A stretch of 64,000 nt of DNA from an uncultured Gemmatimonadaceae bacterium (GTDB lineage: Bacteria; Gemmatimonadota; Gemmatimonadetes; Gemmatimonadales; Gemmatimonadaceae): contig CAWGJO010000025.1 of the NCBI GenBank assembly GCA_963822945.1, forward strand, positions 8,178 through 72,177. The letters run 5' to 3'. A model generated the notes under the pieces. The model did no database searches. It saw only the letters and a list, made by a program, of their open reading frames with translations, and was not told the origin of the DNA. The translations under genes were made by a program, and so were the position numbers. This document shows positions 52,433-63,442 of this stretch, one piece after another. Within the stretch, counting starts at the first letter, position 1; every line of letters starts with the position of its first letter.

Positions 52433-53424
52433 ACCGCCGGCGCTCCGCTCGTATTGCCCATCACGTCCTGTACGCGCGACCACTCCAGCGGCGCCTGCGC
52501 TTCACCGCGGCAGGCATAATAGCACGCGTCGCAGTGGATCGGCTGGTACCGCCGGAATTCCCGCCAGTGGAAGTTCGTCGGGAAATCGGGGCAGCGCTTG
52601 ACGTGTCCTACGGGGTCGATGTGGATGGTCCGGATCCCCGACCGGCACGGTTCCCGGAGTTCGCCCCGTACGTAGCGCGGGATCTGGCGAAGGTAGTAGT
52701 CCGAACTCGTGATCACCCCGCGATGGCGGCGCTTGAAATCGAGGAGCGCCGCGACCAGCTCGTCGAGGTCGCGCGCGTGCGCCTCGCCCAGGACGTGGGC
52801 GTCATTCCCGTTCTTGGCGTCGGTGTACACGCTCAGATTGATGCCGACGCCGAGTTCGCGGGCCCGGTGCACGAGGGGCAGGATCTGATCGACGTTGTCG
52901 TTCTTGATGACGGTGTTGAAGCGGATGTTGTCGATCCCGCGCGCCTGCATTCCGGGAATCGCGGCGAAGATGCGCGCGCTCAGGCCCGGGATGCCGCGCG
53001 CCCGGTCGTGCCGTTCGTCCGGATAGTCGAGGGAGATGTTGAACTGGTGCACCCCGGCGTCCCACAGACTCCGCGCGCGCTCCGGCGTCAACATTGCCCC
53101 GTGCGTGATCAGCGCCACGTACTTCAACCGCACGGCCGACGAAACCGCGCGGACGATTCCTTCCAGATCGCGGCGCATCAGCGGCTCGCCGCCGGTGAAC
53201 GTGATCATCATCGGGTTGAAGAACCGCGCGGCGTCGGCGAAGCTCGACAGCTCCTGGTCCCGGGCACTCGGATGGGTCTTCCAGTAGTCGCAGAACCCGC
53301 ACCGTGCGTTGCAGCGGAGCGTCACCTCGAAATGCACGAGCACCGGCATGCGCCGCGCGGTGAGCCACGCGTACTTGCCGATGAAGAGCGGAACGTGCCA
53401 GGGCTTGAAGCGAGAGGTCAGCAT
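52429..53424 (-). CDS. Radical SAM protein with C-terminal SPASM/twitch-like domain
   Basis: CNARCGFC (CxxxCxxC), TGGEP, C-terminal C..IDPVGHVKRC...CDACYYAC. Confidence 0.92.
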   Translation of the reverse strand: MLTSRFKPWHVPLFIGKYAWLTARRMPVLVHFEVTLRCNARCGFCDYWKTHPSARDQELSSFADAARFFNPMMITFTGGEPLMRRDLEGIVRAVSSAVRLKYVALITHGAMLTPERARSLWDAGVHQFNISLDYPDERHDRARGIPGLSARIFAAIPGMQARGIDNIRFNTVIKNDNVDQILPLVHRARELGVGINLSVYTDAKNGNDAHVLGEAHARDLDELVAALLDFKRRHRGVITSSDYYLRQIPRYVRGELREPCRSGIRTIHIDPVGHVKRCPDFPTNFHWREFRRYQPIHCDACYYACRGEAQAPLEWSRVQDVMGNTSGAPAV

Positions 53425-53433
53425 TCGGGAACG

Positions 53434-53516
53434 GTCGGCCGCCGCCCATCAGCCGTCTGCAGTCGGCAGGGCGCGGTTCCTCGTTCACTGCCACCGGCCG
53501 ATGGCAGACTGCCGGC
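53434..53516. repeat. Inverted pair of degenerate heptamer arrays
   Basis: GTCGGCC GCCGCCC ATCAGCC GTCTGCA GTCGGCA, then in the opposite orientation TGCCACC GGCCGAT GGCAGAC TGCCGGC. Confidence 0.6.
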
Positions 53517-53518
53517 CG

Positions 53519-55216
53519 TCATTCCGCCGTCTCGCGCATCGGCAGCTTGATGTGCTCCCGCTTCGCCGTCTCGACCGCCTCCTCGTATCCCGCATCGGCA
53601 TGCCGCGCGACGCCGAGCCCCGGATCGTTCGTGAGCACGCGTTCGAGTCGTACGCGCATCTCGGGCGTCCCGTCGGCGACGATCACCTGCCCCGCGTGTA
53701 GCGAATTGCCGATCCCCACGCCGCCGCCATGGTGGAACGACACCCACGAGGCGCCGCTGGCGACGTTCAGCATCGCATTGAGGATCGGCCAGTCGGCCAC
53801 CGCATCGCTGCCGTCCTTCATGCGCTCGGTCTCCCGGAAGGGCGAGGCCACCGAACCGGTGTCGAGGTGGTCGCGCCCGATCACGATCGGCGCCGAGAGT
53901 TCGCCGCTCGCCACGAGATCGTTGAGCGCGACGCCGAACCGCGCGCGTTCTCCCTGGCCCAACCAGCAGATCCGCGCCGGGAGCCCCTGGAAGTGCACCC
54001 GCTCGCGCGCCAGCATGATCCAGCGCCGCAGGTGCTCGTCGTTCGGGAACAGGTCGAGAATCAGTTCATCCGTGCGGTGCAGGTCTTTGGGATCGCCCGA
54101 CAGCGCGACCCAGCGGAACGGCCCCTTCCCCTCGCAGAACAGCGGACGGATGTACTCCGGGATGAATCCGGGGATGTCGAACGCGTTCGCCACCCCATGG
54201 TCGAACGCCACCGTGCGGATGTTGTTCCCGTAGTCGAAGGTGACCGCGCCGCGCTGCTGCAACTCCAGCATCGCGCCCACGTGCACGGCGATCGACTGCT
54301 CCGCCAGTTCGACGTAGCGTTTGGGGTCGGTGGCCCGCAGCGCCGCCGCCTGGGCCAGCGAATGGCCCGCCGGTACGTAGCCGTTGAGTGTGTCGTGCGC
54401 ACTGGTCTGATCGGTGAGTGCGTCGGGCACCACCCCGCGCCGCACGATCTCGGGCAGCACCTCGGCCGCGTTGCCCACGAGGCCCACCGACAGCGCGGTC
54501 CCGTTCCGCTTCGCCTCGTCGATGACCGCAAGCGCCTCGTCCAGGCTCCGCGCCTTGCGGTCGCAATAGCCGGTGGCCAGACGCTTGTCGATGCGGGCCT
54601 CGTCCACCTCGATGCCGAGGATTGCCGCGCCGTGCATCGTCGCGGCGAGCGGCTGGGCGCCGCCCATCCCGCCCAGTCCGGCGGTGAGCACGAATCGGCC
54701 GGCCAGCGTGCCCCCGAAGTGGCGCCGCGCCATGGCCCCGAAGGTCTCGTACGTGCCCTGCAGGATGCCCTGCGATCCGATGTAGATCCACGATCCGGCG
54801 GTCATCTGCCCGTACATCATCAGGCCGGCGCGCTCCAACTCGCGGAAGTGATCCCAGGTCGCCCAGCGCCCGACGAGGTTGGCGTTGGCAATCAGCACAC
54901 GCGGCGCGCTCGCGTGGGTGCGGAACACCCCCACCGGCTTCCCGCTCTGCACCAGCAGCGTCTCGTCGGCCTCCAGCGCCCGCAGCGACCGGACGATGGC
55001 ATCGAACGCATCCCAGCTCCGCGCCGCGCGCCCCGTGCCGCCATAGACGACCAGGTCGTCGGGGCGCTCGGCCACGTCGGGATCGAGGTTGTTCATCAGC
55101 ATCCGCAACGCCGCCTCCTGCTGCCACCCCTTGCAGGACAACGCGGTGCCACGCGGCGCGTGCACCGGCCGCGGCCCCGCCGCGGGCTTCGGATGGTGGG
55201 TCGTCGTGGCGGTCAT
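53519..55216 (-). CDS. hutU: Urocanate hydratase
   Basis: [35 protein letters not shown] and HHGGGVG motifs. Confidence 0.98.
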   Translation of the reverse strand: MTATTTHHPKPAAGPRPVHAPRGTALSCKGWQQEAALRMLMNNLDPDVAERPDDLVVYGGTGRAARSWDAFDAIVRSLRALEADETLLVQSGKPVGVFRTHASAPRVLIANANLVGRWATWDHFRELERAGLMMYGQMTAGSWIYIGSQGILQGTYETFGAMARRHFGGTLAGRFVLTAGLGGMGGAQPLAATMHGAAILGIEVDEARIDKRLATGYCDRKARSLDEALAVIDEAKRNGTALSVGLVGNAAEVLPEIVRRGVVPDALTDQTSAHDTLNGYVPAGHSLAQAAALRATDPKRYVELAEQSIAVHVGAMLELQQRGAVTFDYGNNIRTVAFDHGVANAFDIPGFIPEYIRPLFCEGKGPFRWVALSGDPKDLHRTDELILDLFPNDEHLRRWIMLARERVHFQGLPARICWLGQGERARFGVALNDLVASGELSAPIVIGRDHLDTGSVASPFRETERMKDGSDAVADWPILNAMLNVASGASWVSFHHGGGVGIGNSLHAGQVIVADGTPEMRVRLERVLTNDPGLGVARHADAGYEEAVETAKREHIKLPMRETAE

Positions 55217-56733
55217 GGCCACTCCGCTGTTGTGGTGAAATGATCGTTCGCGATCGCGTCGGCCAGACGCGCGATATCGCCCGCCAGCACGCGATCCTGG
55301 ACGAGCGGCGGGACCAGGGCGCGCACGGCCCGATGGGCCTCCGCCGCGCCGCGGCCGGGCTTCAACGGTGCCCGATAGTCCAACCCCTGCGCCGCGCACA
55401 TGAGTTCGATGGCGAGCACGTAGCGCACGTTCTGGACGATGCGGCGCAGCTTCAGCGCCGCCGTCATCGCCATCGGCACCACGTCCTCCTTGTTCCCGTC
55501 GGTCGGAATCGTGTCCACACTCGCCGGGTGCGCCAGCACCTTGCACTCGCTGGCCAACGCCGCCGCAGTCACCTGCGCCATCATGAACCCCGAATTGACT
55601 CCCGCGTCGGGGGACAGAAAGGGCGGCAGCCCCTGGTTGAGATCGGGATGCACGAGCCGGTCGATCCGGCGCTCGGACATCGTGGCCAGATTCGTGAGGG
55701 CGATCGCCAGCACGTCCAGCGCCATGGCCACCGCCTGCCCATGGAAGTTTCCACCGCTCAGCAGCGTGCCATCTTCGAAGACGAGTGGGTTGTCCGTGGC
55801 CGCGTTCAGCTCCCGCGCGATGAGCCCGCCCGCGAACTCCATGGCGTCCAGCACCGGGCCGTGCACCTGCGGGATGCAGCGTAGCGCATAGGCGTCCTGC
55901 ACGCGCGGATCGCCCGTGCGGTGCGACTCGCGAATCTCGCTCCCCGCCAGCAGTTCGCGCAGCAGGCGGGCCGATGCGATCTGCCCCACCTGCCCGCGCA
56001 CCTCCTGAATGCGTTCGTCGAACGCCACGGGCGTGGCGAGCAGCGCATCCACGGTCATCGCGCCGGCCGCGTGGGCCACCCGCCAGAGTTGCCGGGCATC
56101 GGTGAGCGCCAGCGCCCCGATCGCGGTGTGGGCCTGCGTGCCGTTGATGAGCGTCAACCCTTCCTTCGGCCCGAGCACCACCGGCGCCAGCCCTGCCCCG
56201 CGGAGCATGTCGGCGGACGGCCCCCGGCGCTCGCCCTGCAGCAGGTCGCCCTCGCCGATCAGCGACAGGGCCAGGTGGGCCAGTGCCGCCAGGTCGCCGC
56301 TCGCGCCGACGCTGCCCTGCTCCGGCACGGGCGGATAGAGGCCCGCATTGAGCATCGCGATGAGCAGGTCGGCCAGGTCGGCCCGTGCCCCGGAGTAACC
56401 CTTGCTGATCACATTGGCGCGGAGCAGCATCATCGCCCGCACTTCCCGCTCGGGCAGCAGGGGGCCCACGCCGGCGGAGTGGCTGCGCACCAGATTCACC
56501 TGCAACTCCGCCAGCCGCTCGTGCGGAATCGCGACGTCGGAGAGTTTGCCGAAGCCGGTGGTGACCCCGTAGGCGACGGCATTCCGCTCGACGAGACCGG
56601 CCACGACGGCCTGCGTGCGGCCGATCCGGGCCCTCGCCGCCTCGGCCAGCGCCACCGGCGCCCGGCCGATCGCGACCGCCGCCACGTCGGCGATGGCGAG
56701 CGAATGGCCGTCGAGCGTGATCTGGGTTGTCAT
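55213..56733 (-). CDS. hutH: Histidine ammonia-lyase
   Basis: [23 protein letters not shown] (ASG/MIO), VQDAYALRC and GGNFHG motifs. Confidence 0.97.
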   Translation of the reverse strand: MTTQITLDGHSLAIADVAAVAIGRAPVALAEAARARIGRTQAVVAGLVERNAVAYGVTTGFGKLSDVAIPHERLAELQVNLVRSHSAGVGPLLPEREVRAMMLLRANVISKGYSGARADLADLLIAMLNAGLYPPVPEQGSVGASGDLAALAHLALSLIGEGDLLQGERRGPSADMLRGAGLAPVVLGPKEGLTLINGTQAHTAIGALALTDARQLWRVAHAAGAMTVDALLATPVAFDERIQEVRGQVGQIASARLLRELLAGSEIRESHRTGDPRVQDAYALRCIPQVHGPVLDAMEFAGGLIARELNAATDNPLVFEDGTLLSGGNFHGQAVAMALDVLAIALTNLATMSERRIDRLVHPDLNQGLPPFLSPDAGVNSGFMMAQVTAAALASECKVLAHPASVDTIPTDGNKEDVVPMAMTAALKLRRIVQNVRYVLAIELMCAAQGLDYRAPLKPGRGAAEAHRAVRALVPPLVQDRVLAGDIARLADAIANDHFTTTAEWP

Positions 56734-56784
56734 GGGCGGAACATCTCCGGCGGCCACGGACAATTCAAGGGCCGCCGGGGCGCC

Positions 56785-59772
56785 CTAATACTGCCCGCCG
56801 CTGCGATACGTGCCGCGGTTGTAGTTGAACTTGAGGTCTGGCTCCGCAATCAGCGCGATCTGGAACGAGAAGGAGAAGTTGCCGTTCGGCGACTGGGTGA
56901 ACGAGAAGATCGCCCGCCAGTCGTGAAGCTCGCGAATGAGTTGCACGTCCTGACTCGCGAACTGGTGCTGCTGGAAGTTGTAGTTGGTGCGCCACGCCGC
57001 CGACCAGTGGTCGGTGAGCGGGAACGAGATGTTGCTGCCCAGGGAGGCGGTCGGTGGATTGACGTACGTGGGACCACCGGCCGAGGTGTTGGGCACCGGC
57101 GATTCCAGCGTCGGGGCCGTGCTCTGTTGCAGAATGCACTGATCGTAGGCGGGCGGGTTGTAGGACGGGCTGTTCGGGTCCTTGAACGGCAGGCAGTACA
57201 CGGTCGGATCGGCGTTGATGATCGTGCCCCCCACCGGCGGGCGCGTGCGCGCGGAACTGAAGTTGAACGAGGCGGACCACGATCGGGCCGGCGCGGCGAG
57301 ATACAGCGTATTCCGCGAATTCATCCCGGCCACCGGCCGCTCCGCCATCTGATCGGCGTACTGCTGGTCGGCCGAACCCGCGCCCCCCACCCCCGTGCCC
57401 GGCTGCAACAGCCCGGACGCAGTGTCTTGCGACATCCCCAGAAGCCGGCCCAGGAATCCGAACGGGTTGTGATCCCGATCGATCCGGAAGTTGGCGGACA
57501 CCGAATTGCGGTACGGCTTGAACACGGCCGTATCGCTGATCGGACTGCCCTGGAACAGCGAATAGCCGACGTTGAGCGTGAACCCGGGAATGAGTTGCGA
57601 CGTCAGGCTGTAGGAGAAGTTGTCGTTGGTGATGCCCGCGATGGGCCGGTGGGTCTTGGAGGCCCGCTCGAAGTCGTAGGTGACCGACGACAGGTTGATC
57701 GACAGCAGCTGAATGGGTGTCTGCTTGGCCGGCGCTCCGCCGTTCAGCGTGTCCTCCTTGGCCTTGAGCTTCGCCTCGAAGGTCTGGTTGAGCGACAGCG
57801 TGATCGACTTCTGGGCCAACGCGCCGAGGTACCCGGCCCGCGTCTGATTGGTGGCCGCCAGATATGCGTCGCTCACCTTCGCCGCCGGCGCGTAGTTGAA
57901 CGAGATCTGCGGACTGATCGTGTGCCGGAAGCGGGAGAATGGCCCGAAACCGGGGAACAGCCCGTAGATCGTCGGGCTCATACCAAGACCGAAGTTCAGC
58001 CGCTTGGACTGGTGCACGAACTTGCCGCCCGTGAACTGGCTCCGCACCCAGAACGCGCCCGGATCGACGTTCTGCAGCCCGACGCTCGGTGACAGGCCCA
58101 GGACGTTCTCGCCCAACCTCGGCAGGCTGAACGTCGGGGTCCAGTCCACGTCGGTGCGGAAGGTACTGGCGAACACCCGCTTCTCGTGGACCGAACTGTC
58201 CTCGGGATTCGGGTAGACCGTGTATTCCTGCGGGAAGATGTTCTGCTGGTCGTTGACGGTGAACGAGTTCCGGAGGTTGAACCCGAAGATCTGGATCGGG
58301 GTGTCGAAGCCCATGTTGCTCTGGTAGCTGCTGCGCTTGACGGTCGAGGAGTCGAGTCCGCCGGTACCGTTGACGCTGTACCGCTGGCTGAATAGCCCCG
58401 CCTGGTCGATGTGCAGGCTCTGGCTGGCCGAGTAGTGGAATCCGGGCGACCAGGTGAGCCACGAAGCCAGTTCGACGGGGCTCGTGCTCACGCTCACCGT
58501 CGGGAAGGTCTGGTCCACTTGCGAGCGTCCGGGGTACTGCTTGCGCGTGCCGCCGATGCTGACCTGAGCCGGCCCCACCTTCTGCTGGTAGTTGATGGAC
58601 GACGAGATGGTCTGCATCGCCGCGTACGGATTGAAGGTGTTCTGGCGCTGCAACTGCGTGCTCGTGACGTAGTTCATGTTCGCCGTGAGCGTGCTGTTAC
58701 GCGAGAACTGCTGCGTGTGCGACCAACTCACGGCAAGATTGGTCATGTCGTTGCGCTGCTTGGTGTACGACGACGCGATCTGCCCGTTCAGAAACCGGTC
58801 ACGCCACCGGTAGCGCCACTGGCCGTTGAACCGCAGCCACCCCGGATCACCCGTCGCCGATCCCCCCGTGCTGCTGCGCCAGTCGAGCCAAGCCGAGGCG
58901 TCCATGTAGTCGTTGAGGGCCCAGTACCAGCCAAGATTCTCGATGTCGCGCCGGTAGGTGGGGCTGTTCCGGACGATGTCGGCCACGCCGAACCGGGGCG
59001 TGAGCATCCCGCTGCGGCGTCCGCTTCGGATATCCTGGAAGAAGAACGGCAGCCACATCACCGGCACCTCGCCGATGTAGAGCACGGCGGGGCGCCCCAC
59101 CATCAGATTCTTGGTGCGCTTCACCTCGCCCACTTCGAAGTGGTAGTCCGGCGCGATGCTGTCGTTGCAGGACGTGAGGCTGGCCGAGGTCCCGTACAGG
59201 CGCGGCGGAATGTTCTTCGTGGAGTCCCCGGCCTCGATCTTCACCACCTTCGGCTTGACGTACCAGGTGTTCCCCGAATTGTCGACGCTGACCGACGCGT
59301 CGTTGATCCGCCCCGACCGCTCGGCCAGGTTGTACGTGGCGGTGGTGCGCCCCCTGATCGGCGCCTGGCCGCCCCCGGGCACGATCAGGTATCCCGCCCC
59401 CGCGGTGTCGCGGCTGGTCACGGTGATCCCGCGGCTCTCGCTGTTGTAGCGGATCGTGGAATCGGTGACGACCGTCTGGTCTCCGCGCTGCACGGCCGCC
59501 GTTCCGGCCTCGCCGGCGACGATCTGGATGGCCTGCGTGACGGCGTCGAAGCTGAGCACGCCGCCTTCGTACCGCGTGATCGTGTACCCCTTGCGGTTCA
59601 TCAGCGCCCGCATGACGGAGTCCGGGGGCGCCCACTTCACGGCTATCGCGGTATCACGCTGTGCAGTGTCGCCGAGCGCCCGCTGGACCGGCCGGCGAAC
59701 GGGCGCACCCTGCCCGGGCAGCGCGGCTGGCAGCGCGGCAGCGATGCTCAGCGCGAGCCACCATCGCCTCAT
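56785..59772 (-). CDS. lptD: Putative LPS-assembly outer-membrane protein LptD
   Basis: Signal peptide, LTSC...PDYHF, PVMWLPF...RRSGMLTP and GWYWALNDYMD motifs, long amphipathic beta strands, C-terminal RELHDWRA. Confidence 0.82.
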   Translation of the reverse strand: MRRWWLALSIAAALPAALPGQGAPVRRPVQRALGDTAQRDTAIAVKWAPPDSVMRALMNRKGYTITRYEGGVLSFDAVTQAIQIVAGEAGTAAVQRGDQTVVTDSTIRYNSESRGITVTSRDTAGAGYLIVPGGGQAPIRGRTTATYNLAERSGRINDASVSVDNSGNTWYVKPKVVKIEAGDSTKNIPPRLYGTSASLTSCNDSIAPDYHFEVGEVKRTKNLMVGRPAVLYIGEVPVMWLPFFFQDIRSGRRSGMLTPRFGVADIVRNSPTYRRDIENLGWYWALNDYMDASAWLDWRSSTGGSATGDPGWLRFNGQWRYRWRDRFLNGQIASSYTKQRNDMTNLAVSWSHTQQFSRNSTLTANMNYVTSTQLQRQNTFNPYAAMQTISSSINYQQKVGPAQVSIGGTRKQYPGRSQVDQTFPTVSVSTSPVELASWLTWSPGFHYSASQSLHIDQAGLFSQRYSVNGTGGLDSSTVKRSSYQSNMGFDTPIQIFGFNLRNSFTVNDQQNIFPQEYTVYPNPEDSSVHEKRVFASTFRTDVDWTPTFSLPRLGENVLGLSPSVGLQNVDPGAFWVRSQFTGGKFVHQSKRLNFGLGMSPTIYGLFPGFGPFSRFRHTISPQISFNYAPAAKVSDAYLAATNQTRAGYLGALAQKSITLSLNQTFEAKLKAKEDTLNGGAPAKQTPIQLLSINLSSVTYDFERASKTHRPIAGITNDNFSYSLTSQLIPGFTLNVGYSLFQGSPISDTAVFKPYRNSVSANFRIDRDHNPFGFLGRLLGMSQDTASGLLQPGTGVGGAGSADQQYADQMAERPVAGMNSRNTLYLAAPARSWSASFNFSSARTRPPVGGTIINADPTVYCLPFKDPNSPSYNPPAYDQCILQQSTAPTLESPVPNTSAGGPTYVNPPTASLGSNISFPLTDHWSAAWRTNYNFQQHQFASQDVQLIRELHDWRAIFSFTQSPNGNFSFSFQIALIAEPDLKFNYNRGTYRSGGQY

Positions 59773-60563
59773 GAACCCGCCTCGCCCTCGTCGGCCTCCG
59801 CCTCGGCCAGGAGCGCGGCGTGGCGCTTCTCGCGCCGCCGGTAGATGATGAACGACAGCGCCACGCTCACTTCGAACAGCAGATACAGGGGGATGGCCAG
59901 CGCGAACGTCGTCCCCAGAAAGTCGCCCGGCGTGATGATCGCCGCGACGCCCCAGCAGGCGACGATGGCGTGGCGCCGGTACTTGCTCAGAAACTGCGGT
60001 TTCACGAGGCCCAGCGCCGTGAGCCCCGTGATGACCAGCGGCAGCTCGAACACCGCACCGAACGCCACGCACAGCGTGGTCACGAACCCGAAGTACTCCG
60101 ACGCCATGATCATCGGCGTCAGCGCGTCGGATTCGAGCGTCATCAGGTACGCCAGCGCCAGCGGCAGCACGAAGACGTAGGCCAGCGCCACGCCGCAGGC
60201 GAACAGCACCGTCCCGATGAAGATCGCCGGGATGACGACCCGCTTCTCCTTCTTGTAGAGCGCCGGCGACAGGAACGCCCACAATTGGTAGAGAATCATC
60301 GGCAGCGCGATCACCCCGCCGATGACCAGCGACGCCGACATCAGCACCGTGAACGAGTCGGCCGGGTGGGTGATCACCAGCTTCTGCCCGTTCAGGTAGG
60401 GGAGGATCGGCTTCTCGAGAAACAGAATTGCGTTGAAATGGACGACGATGAATACGCCGATCGCCACGCCGACCCCGAGCGCTCCGATGGACCAGACCAG
60501 GCGCCACCGCAACTCCTCGAGGTGATCGAGGAACGGCATCTCATCCGACTTCTTCGCGGCCAT
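59769..60563 (-). CDS. tatC: Twin-arginine translocase subunit TatC
   Basis: MPFLDHLEELRWRL, YQLWAFLSPALYKKE, FELP and AIITP motifs. Confidence 0.97.
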   Translation of the reverse strand: MAAKKSDEMPFLDHLEELRWRLVWSIGALGVGVAIGVFIVVHFNAILFLEKPILPYLNGQKLVITHPADSFTVLMSASLVIGGVIALPMILYQLWAFLSPALYKKEKRVVIPAIFIGTVLFACGVALAYVFVLPLALAYLMTLESDALTPMIMASEYFGFVTTLCVAFGAVFELPLVITGLTALGLVKPQFLSKYRRHAIVACWGVAAIITPGDFLGTTFALAIPLYLLFEVSVALSFIIYRRREKRHAALLAEAEADEGEAGS

Positions 60564-60584
60564 CTCCCCCTCGGGCGGAATCGG

Positions 60585-61414
60585 TTACCGGGACGGCAGC
60601 GTCTTCAGTCGATCGCTCGCCAACGTCGCGGCGTCGCTGTTCGGATACTCCTTCACCACCCGCTGCCACGCCGTCCGCGCCGCGGCGGCATTCCCCTGCG
60701 CCAACTGCGATGCCCCGTACTTGAACAGGGCCGTCGGCGCATCCGGACTGTTCGGGTACTGCTTCACCACCGCCAGGTACACCGAATCGGCGGCCGCCCG
60801 ATTGTTCTCTCCCTCGTAGCAACTCCCGATGCTGAGCGCCACCAGCGACGCGTTCGCGTAGTTCGGATACGTCGTGAGAATCTGTCGGAAGGCGAGGCGC
60901 GCCGTGCTGAACGCTCCGTTGTTGTACTGGTCGCGTGCCAACTGGTAGAGGCGCGCCGGCCCGGGCGCCTCCGAAGCACCCGAATCCGTCCGGGCCGAAT
61001 CTCCGCCCGCCCCCGCGGCCATTCCCCCCCGCCTCCTCCACCACGCGTGTCCATCTGGGCGGCCAGATCCTGGATCTGCCGCTGGCTGATGCCCGCCCGG
61101 CTCTGGAGCGTCACGATCTGCTGCCCGAGGGCATACAGACTCTGGCTGGCATTCGCCTGGTAGCTCATGAAGTGGGCGCTCAGCACGCGCAACGAATCGT
61201 TGATCGTCGCCACGGCTCGAGCCACCGAATCCAACCGGACCCGGGCCAGCGAATCGTCGCGGGCCCGCGCCCGTTCCTGCGCCTGTGCCTGCTGCGCGCT
61301 CTGCGCCCGCATTGACGTGAGGTCGTCCTGGAGCAGCCGGATGTCTCCCTTGGAGGCGAGACATCCTGCCGCGCTCAGGGCGAGCACAGGCGCGAGGAAT
61401 GAACGCATCTGCAT
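60585..61414 (-). CDS. cpoB: Tol-Pal system protein CpoB/YbgF, frameshift in a G7 run (61024-61030)
   Basis: Lipobox-like signal (LSAAGC), coiled coil, TPRs (LYQLA...YPNSPDAPTALFKYG...YPNS); downstream of pal. Confidence 0.85.
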
Positions 61415-62041
61415 CTACATCCTCGGGGTCTTGAGCGGGCCGTTACCCCCGCCGGTGATCGTGAAATCGTCGCGCCGGTTCTGCGCCCAGGCGTCCTCGT
61501 TCATTCCCTCGGCCACCGGACGCTCCTCACCATAGCTCACCGTCTCGATGCGCGAGTCCGCCACGCCGTGATCGGTGAGATACCGCTTGGCCGTCGCGGC
61601 CCGGCGCTGGCCCAACGCCAGGTTGTACTGCGTGGACCCACGCGAGTCGGTGTTGCCCTCGATGCGGATCGTCAGGTCGGGATTGGCGAGCAGGATCGGA
61701 AGCTTGGCGTCGAGAATGGCCTGCGCGTCCGACCGAAGATCCGACTGGTCGAAATCGAAATGGATCGTCTGGTTGAGCGTGGCCCGCATGGCCTCCTGCG
61801 CCGCCTGCGCCGCCTGCGCCGCACGCGCGCTGTCGGCCGCGGCCCGCTGACGCGCTTCCTCGGCCGCCCGCCTCGCCGCGTCGATGGCGGCCAGCGAATC
61901 GCGGATGTGCTGTTGGCGCAGGGCGCTGGTATCCACCGGCGCCGGCGCCGGCGCCGGCGCGACCTGCGGTGTCTTGCGGCAGGCAGCCAGCGTCACCGCA
62001 GCCACGGCGAACGCTGCGAGCAGGGTTCGGGGACCATGCAT
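61415..62041 (-). CDS. pal: Peptidoglycan-associated lipoprotein
   Basis: Lipobox LAAC, IHFDFD, EGNTDSRG..YNLALGQRRA, SYGEERP and NRR motifs; start could be 62047. Confidence 0.96.
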   Translation of the reverse strand: MHGPRTLLAAFAVAAVTLAACRKTPQVAPAPAPAPVDTSALRQQHIRDSLAAIDAARRAAEEARQRAAADSARAAQAAQAAQEAMRATLNQTIHFDFDQSDLRSDAQAILDAKLPILLANPDLTIRIEGNTDSRGSTQYNLALGQRRAATAKRYLTDHGVADSRIETVSYGEERPVAEGMNEDAWAQNRRDDFTITGGGNGPLKTPRM

Positions 62042-62119
62042 GTTCATTTCTCCTGATCTCGGGGTTAGAAGGCGAAACGCTGGCGAACTGCTACTCGCAC
62101 CGGAGGAGCCACCGCACGC

Positions 62120-63442
62120 TCAGGGCGCCAGCCGCGGCGACCATGCGGCCAGCCGCGACGTCGCGATCCCGTGCGTGAGTTGCCGAACCCGGCCGGACTG
62201 CGTGTCAATCACCCACAACTGCTTCGTGCCGCTGCGCGTCGACGTGAAGACGAGATGCCGCGAGTCCGGCGCCCAACTCGGTTTCTCGTTCTCTCCCACG
62301 CTCGTGAGCTGTCGCGGAATCCGATCGCGCAGCGACATCGTGACGATCTGAAACACCCCCGACGAGTCCGGGACATAGGCCTGATACGCGATGGCCAGGC
62401 CATCCGGCGACCAATCGGGGTCGGAGCGGTAATTCCGGGTGCTGAAGCTGTACGTGGTGAACATATCAGCATTCGTCCCATCCGCATCGACAATATAAAT
62501 CTCCGGCGGGCCCGCTCGCCCGGATGTGAAGGCGATCCGGCGCCCGTCGGGGCTGTAGGTCGGCGTGCTGTTGTCCGTCCCGTTTCCCACCGTGATCCGC
62601 TGGGGAAGGCCGCCGGCCGCCGGCGCCGAATAGAGATCCGAGCCGTTCTCCCCCGCCACCGTGTACAGAATCGTCGAGCCGTCCGGGGAAAAGGTCGGCG
62701 CACTGACGTTGGTGTTCCGGCGTGCCCCGAACGCCCGCGACTGGCCCGTGCGGACGTTGAAGACGACGATCCGCGAGTTCACGCCGAACGTCGCGTACGC
62801 CAGCATGTTCCCGTCGGGACTCCAGGCCGGCGACAGCCCCTCCCCCAGCATCGGAATCGTGAAATCGTCGGCCCCGTCGCTGTCCACGATGTGGATGGCG
62901 TGCGACCGGACGTAGGCGATCCGCGTGGCGGCTACCCCCTGAACCCCGGTGATCCACCGCGATACCTCGTCCGACACGCGGTGGACGGCCAGGCGCCAGG
63001 CCCGTGACGCCGCATCCTGCGGCAGCGGGAACTCGTTGACGTCGATCACTCGCTTGTGCACCACGTCGTGGAGCACCACGTGGAGGCCCCGGTCGGTGTT
63101 GATGGCCTGCACCACGGCCAGCGCGCCGATGGTGCGGAACACGCCGTAGTTCATCCCCTTGGCGTTGCCCGCCGGATCCACCCCCTGCCGCAACGCCGCC
63201 GCCATCGAGTCGGGGATCGCGATCATGTTGACGCCGTCCCCGTAGTCCAGATCCCGACTGATGATCGCCTGGATCGAGTCCCCGTTGGCCCCCGGCACGG
63301 GCAGTACGACCACGCCGGGGCGCACGCCGGCATCGTACTGGAGCGTGATCCGCACGCCCTTCATGGTCGAGTCCTGCGCCAGCAGCGGAGCGGCGAGGCA
63401 CAGCAGGGCAAGGGCCAGGGCAAAGCGGAGCGGCGTCTTCAT
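62120..63442 (-). CDS. tolB: Tol-Pal beta-propeller protein TolB
   Basis: Signal peptide, TRIAYV, repeated PxWSPDG (PD40) units; upstream of pal. Confidence 0.93.
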   Translation of the reverse strand: MKTPLRFALALALLCLAAPLLAQDSTMKGVRITLQYDAGVRPGVVVLPVPGANGDSIQAIISRDLDYGDGVNMIAIPDSMAAALRQGVDPAGNAKGMNYGVFRTIGALAVVQAINTDRGLHVVLHDVVHKRVIDVNEFPLPQDAASRAWRLAVHRVSDEVSRWITGVQGVAATRIAYVRSHAIHIVDSDGADDFTIPMLGEGLSPAWSPDGNMLAYATFGVNSRIVVFNVRTGQSRAFGARRNTNVSAPTFSPDGSTILYTVAGENGSDLYSAPAAGGLPQRITVGNGTDNSTPTYSPDGRRIAFTSGRAGPPEIYIVDADGTNADMFTTYSFSTRNYRSDPDWSPDGLAIAYQAYVPDSSGVFQIVTMSLRDRIPRQLTSVGENEKPSWAPDSRHLVFTSTRSGTKQLWVIDTQSGRVRQLTHGIATSRLAAWSPRLAP

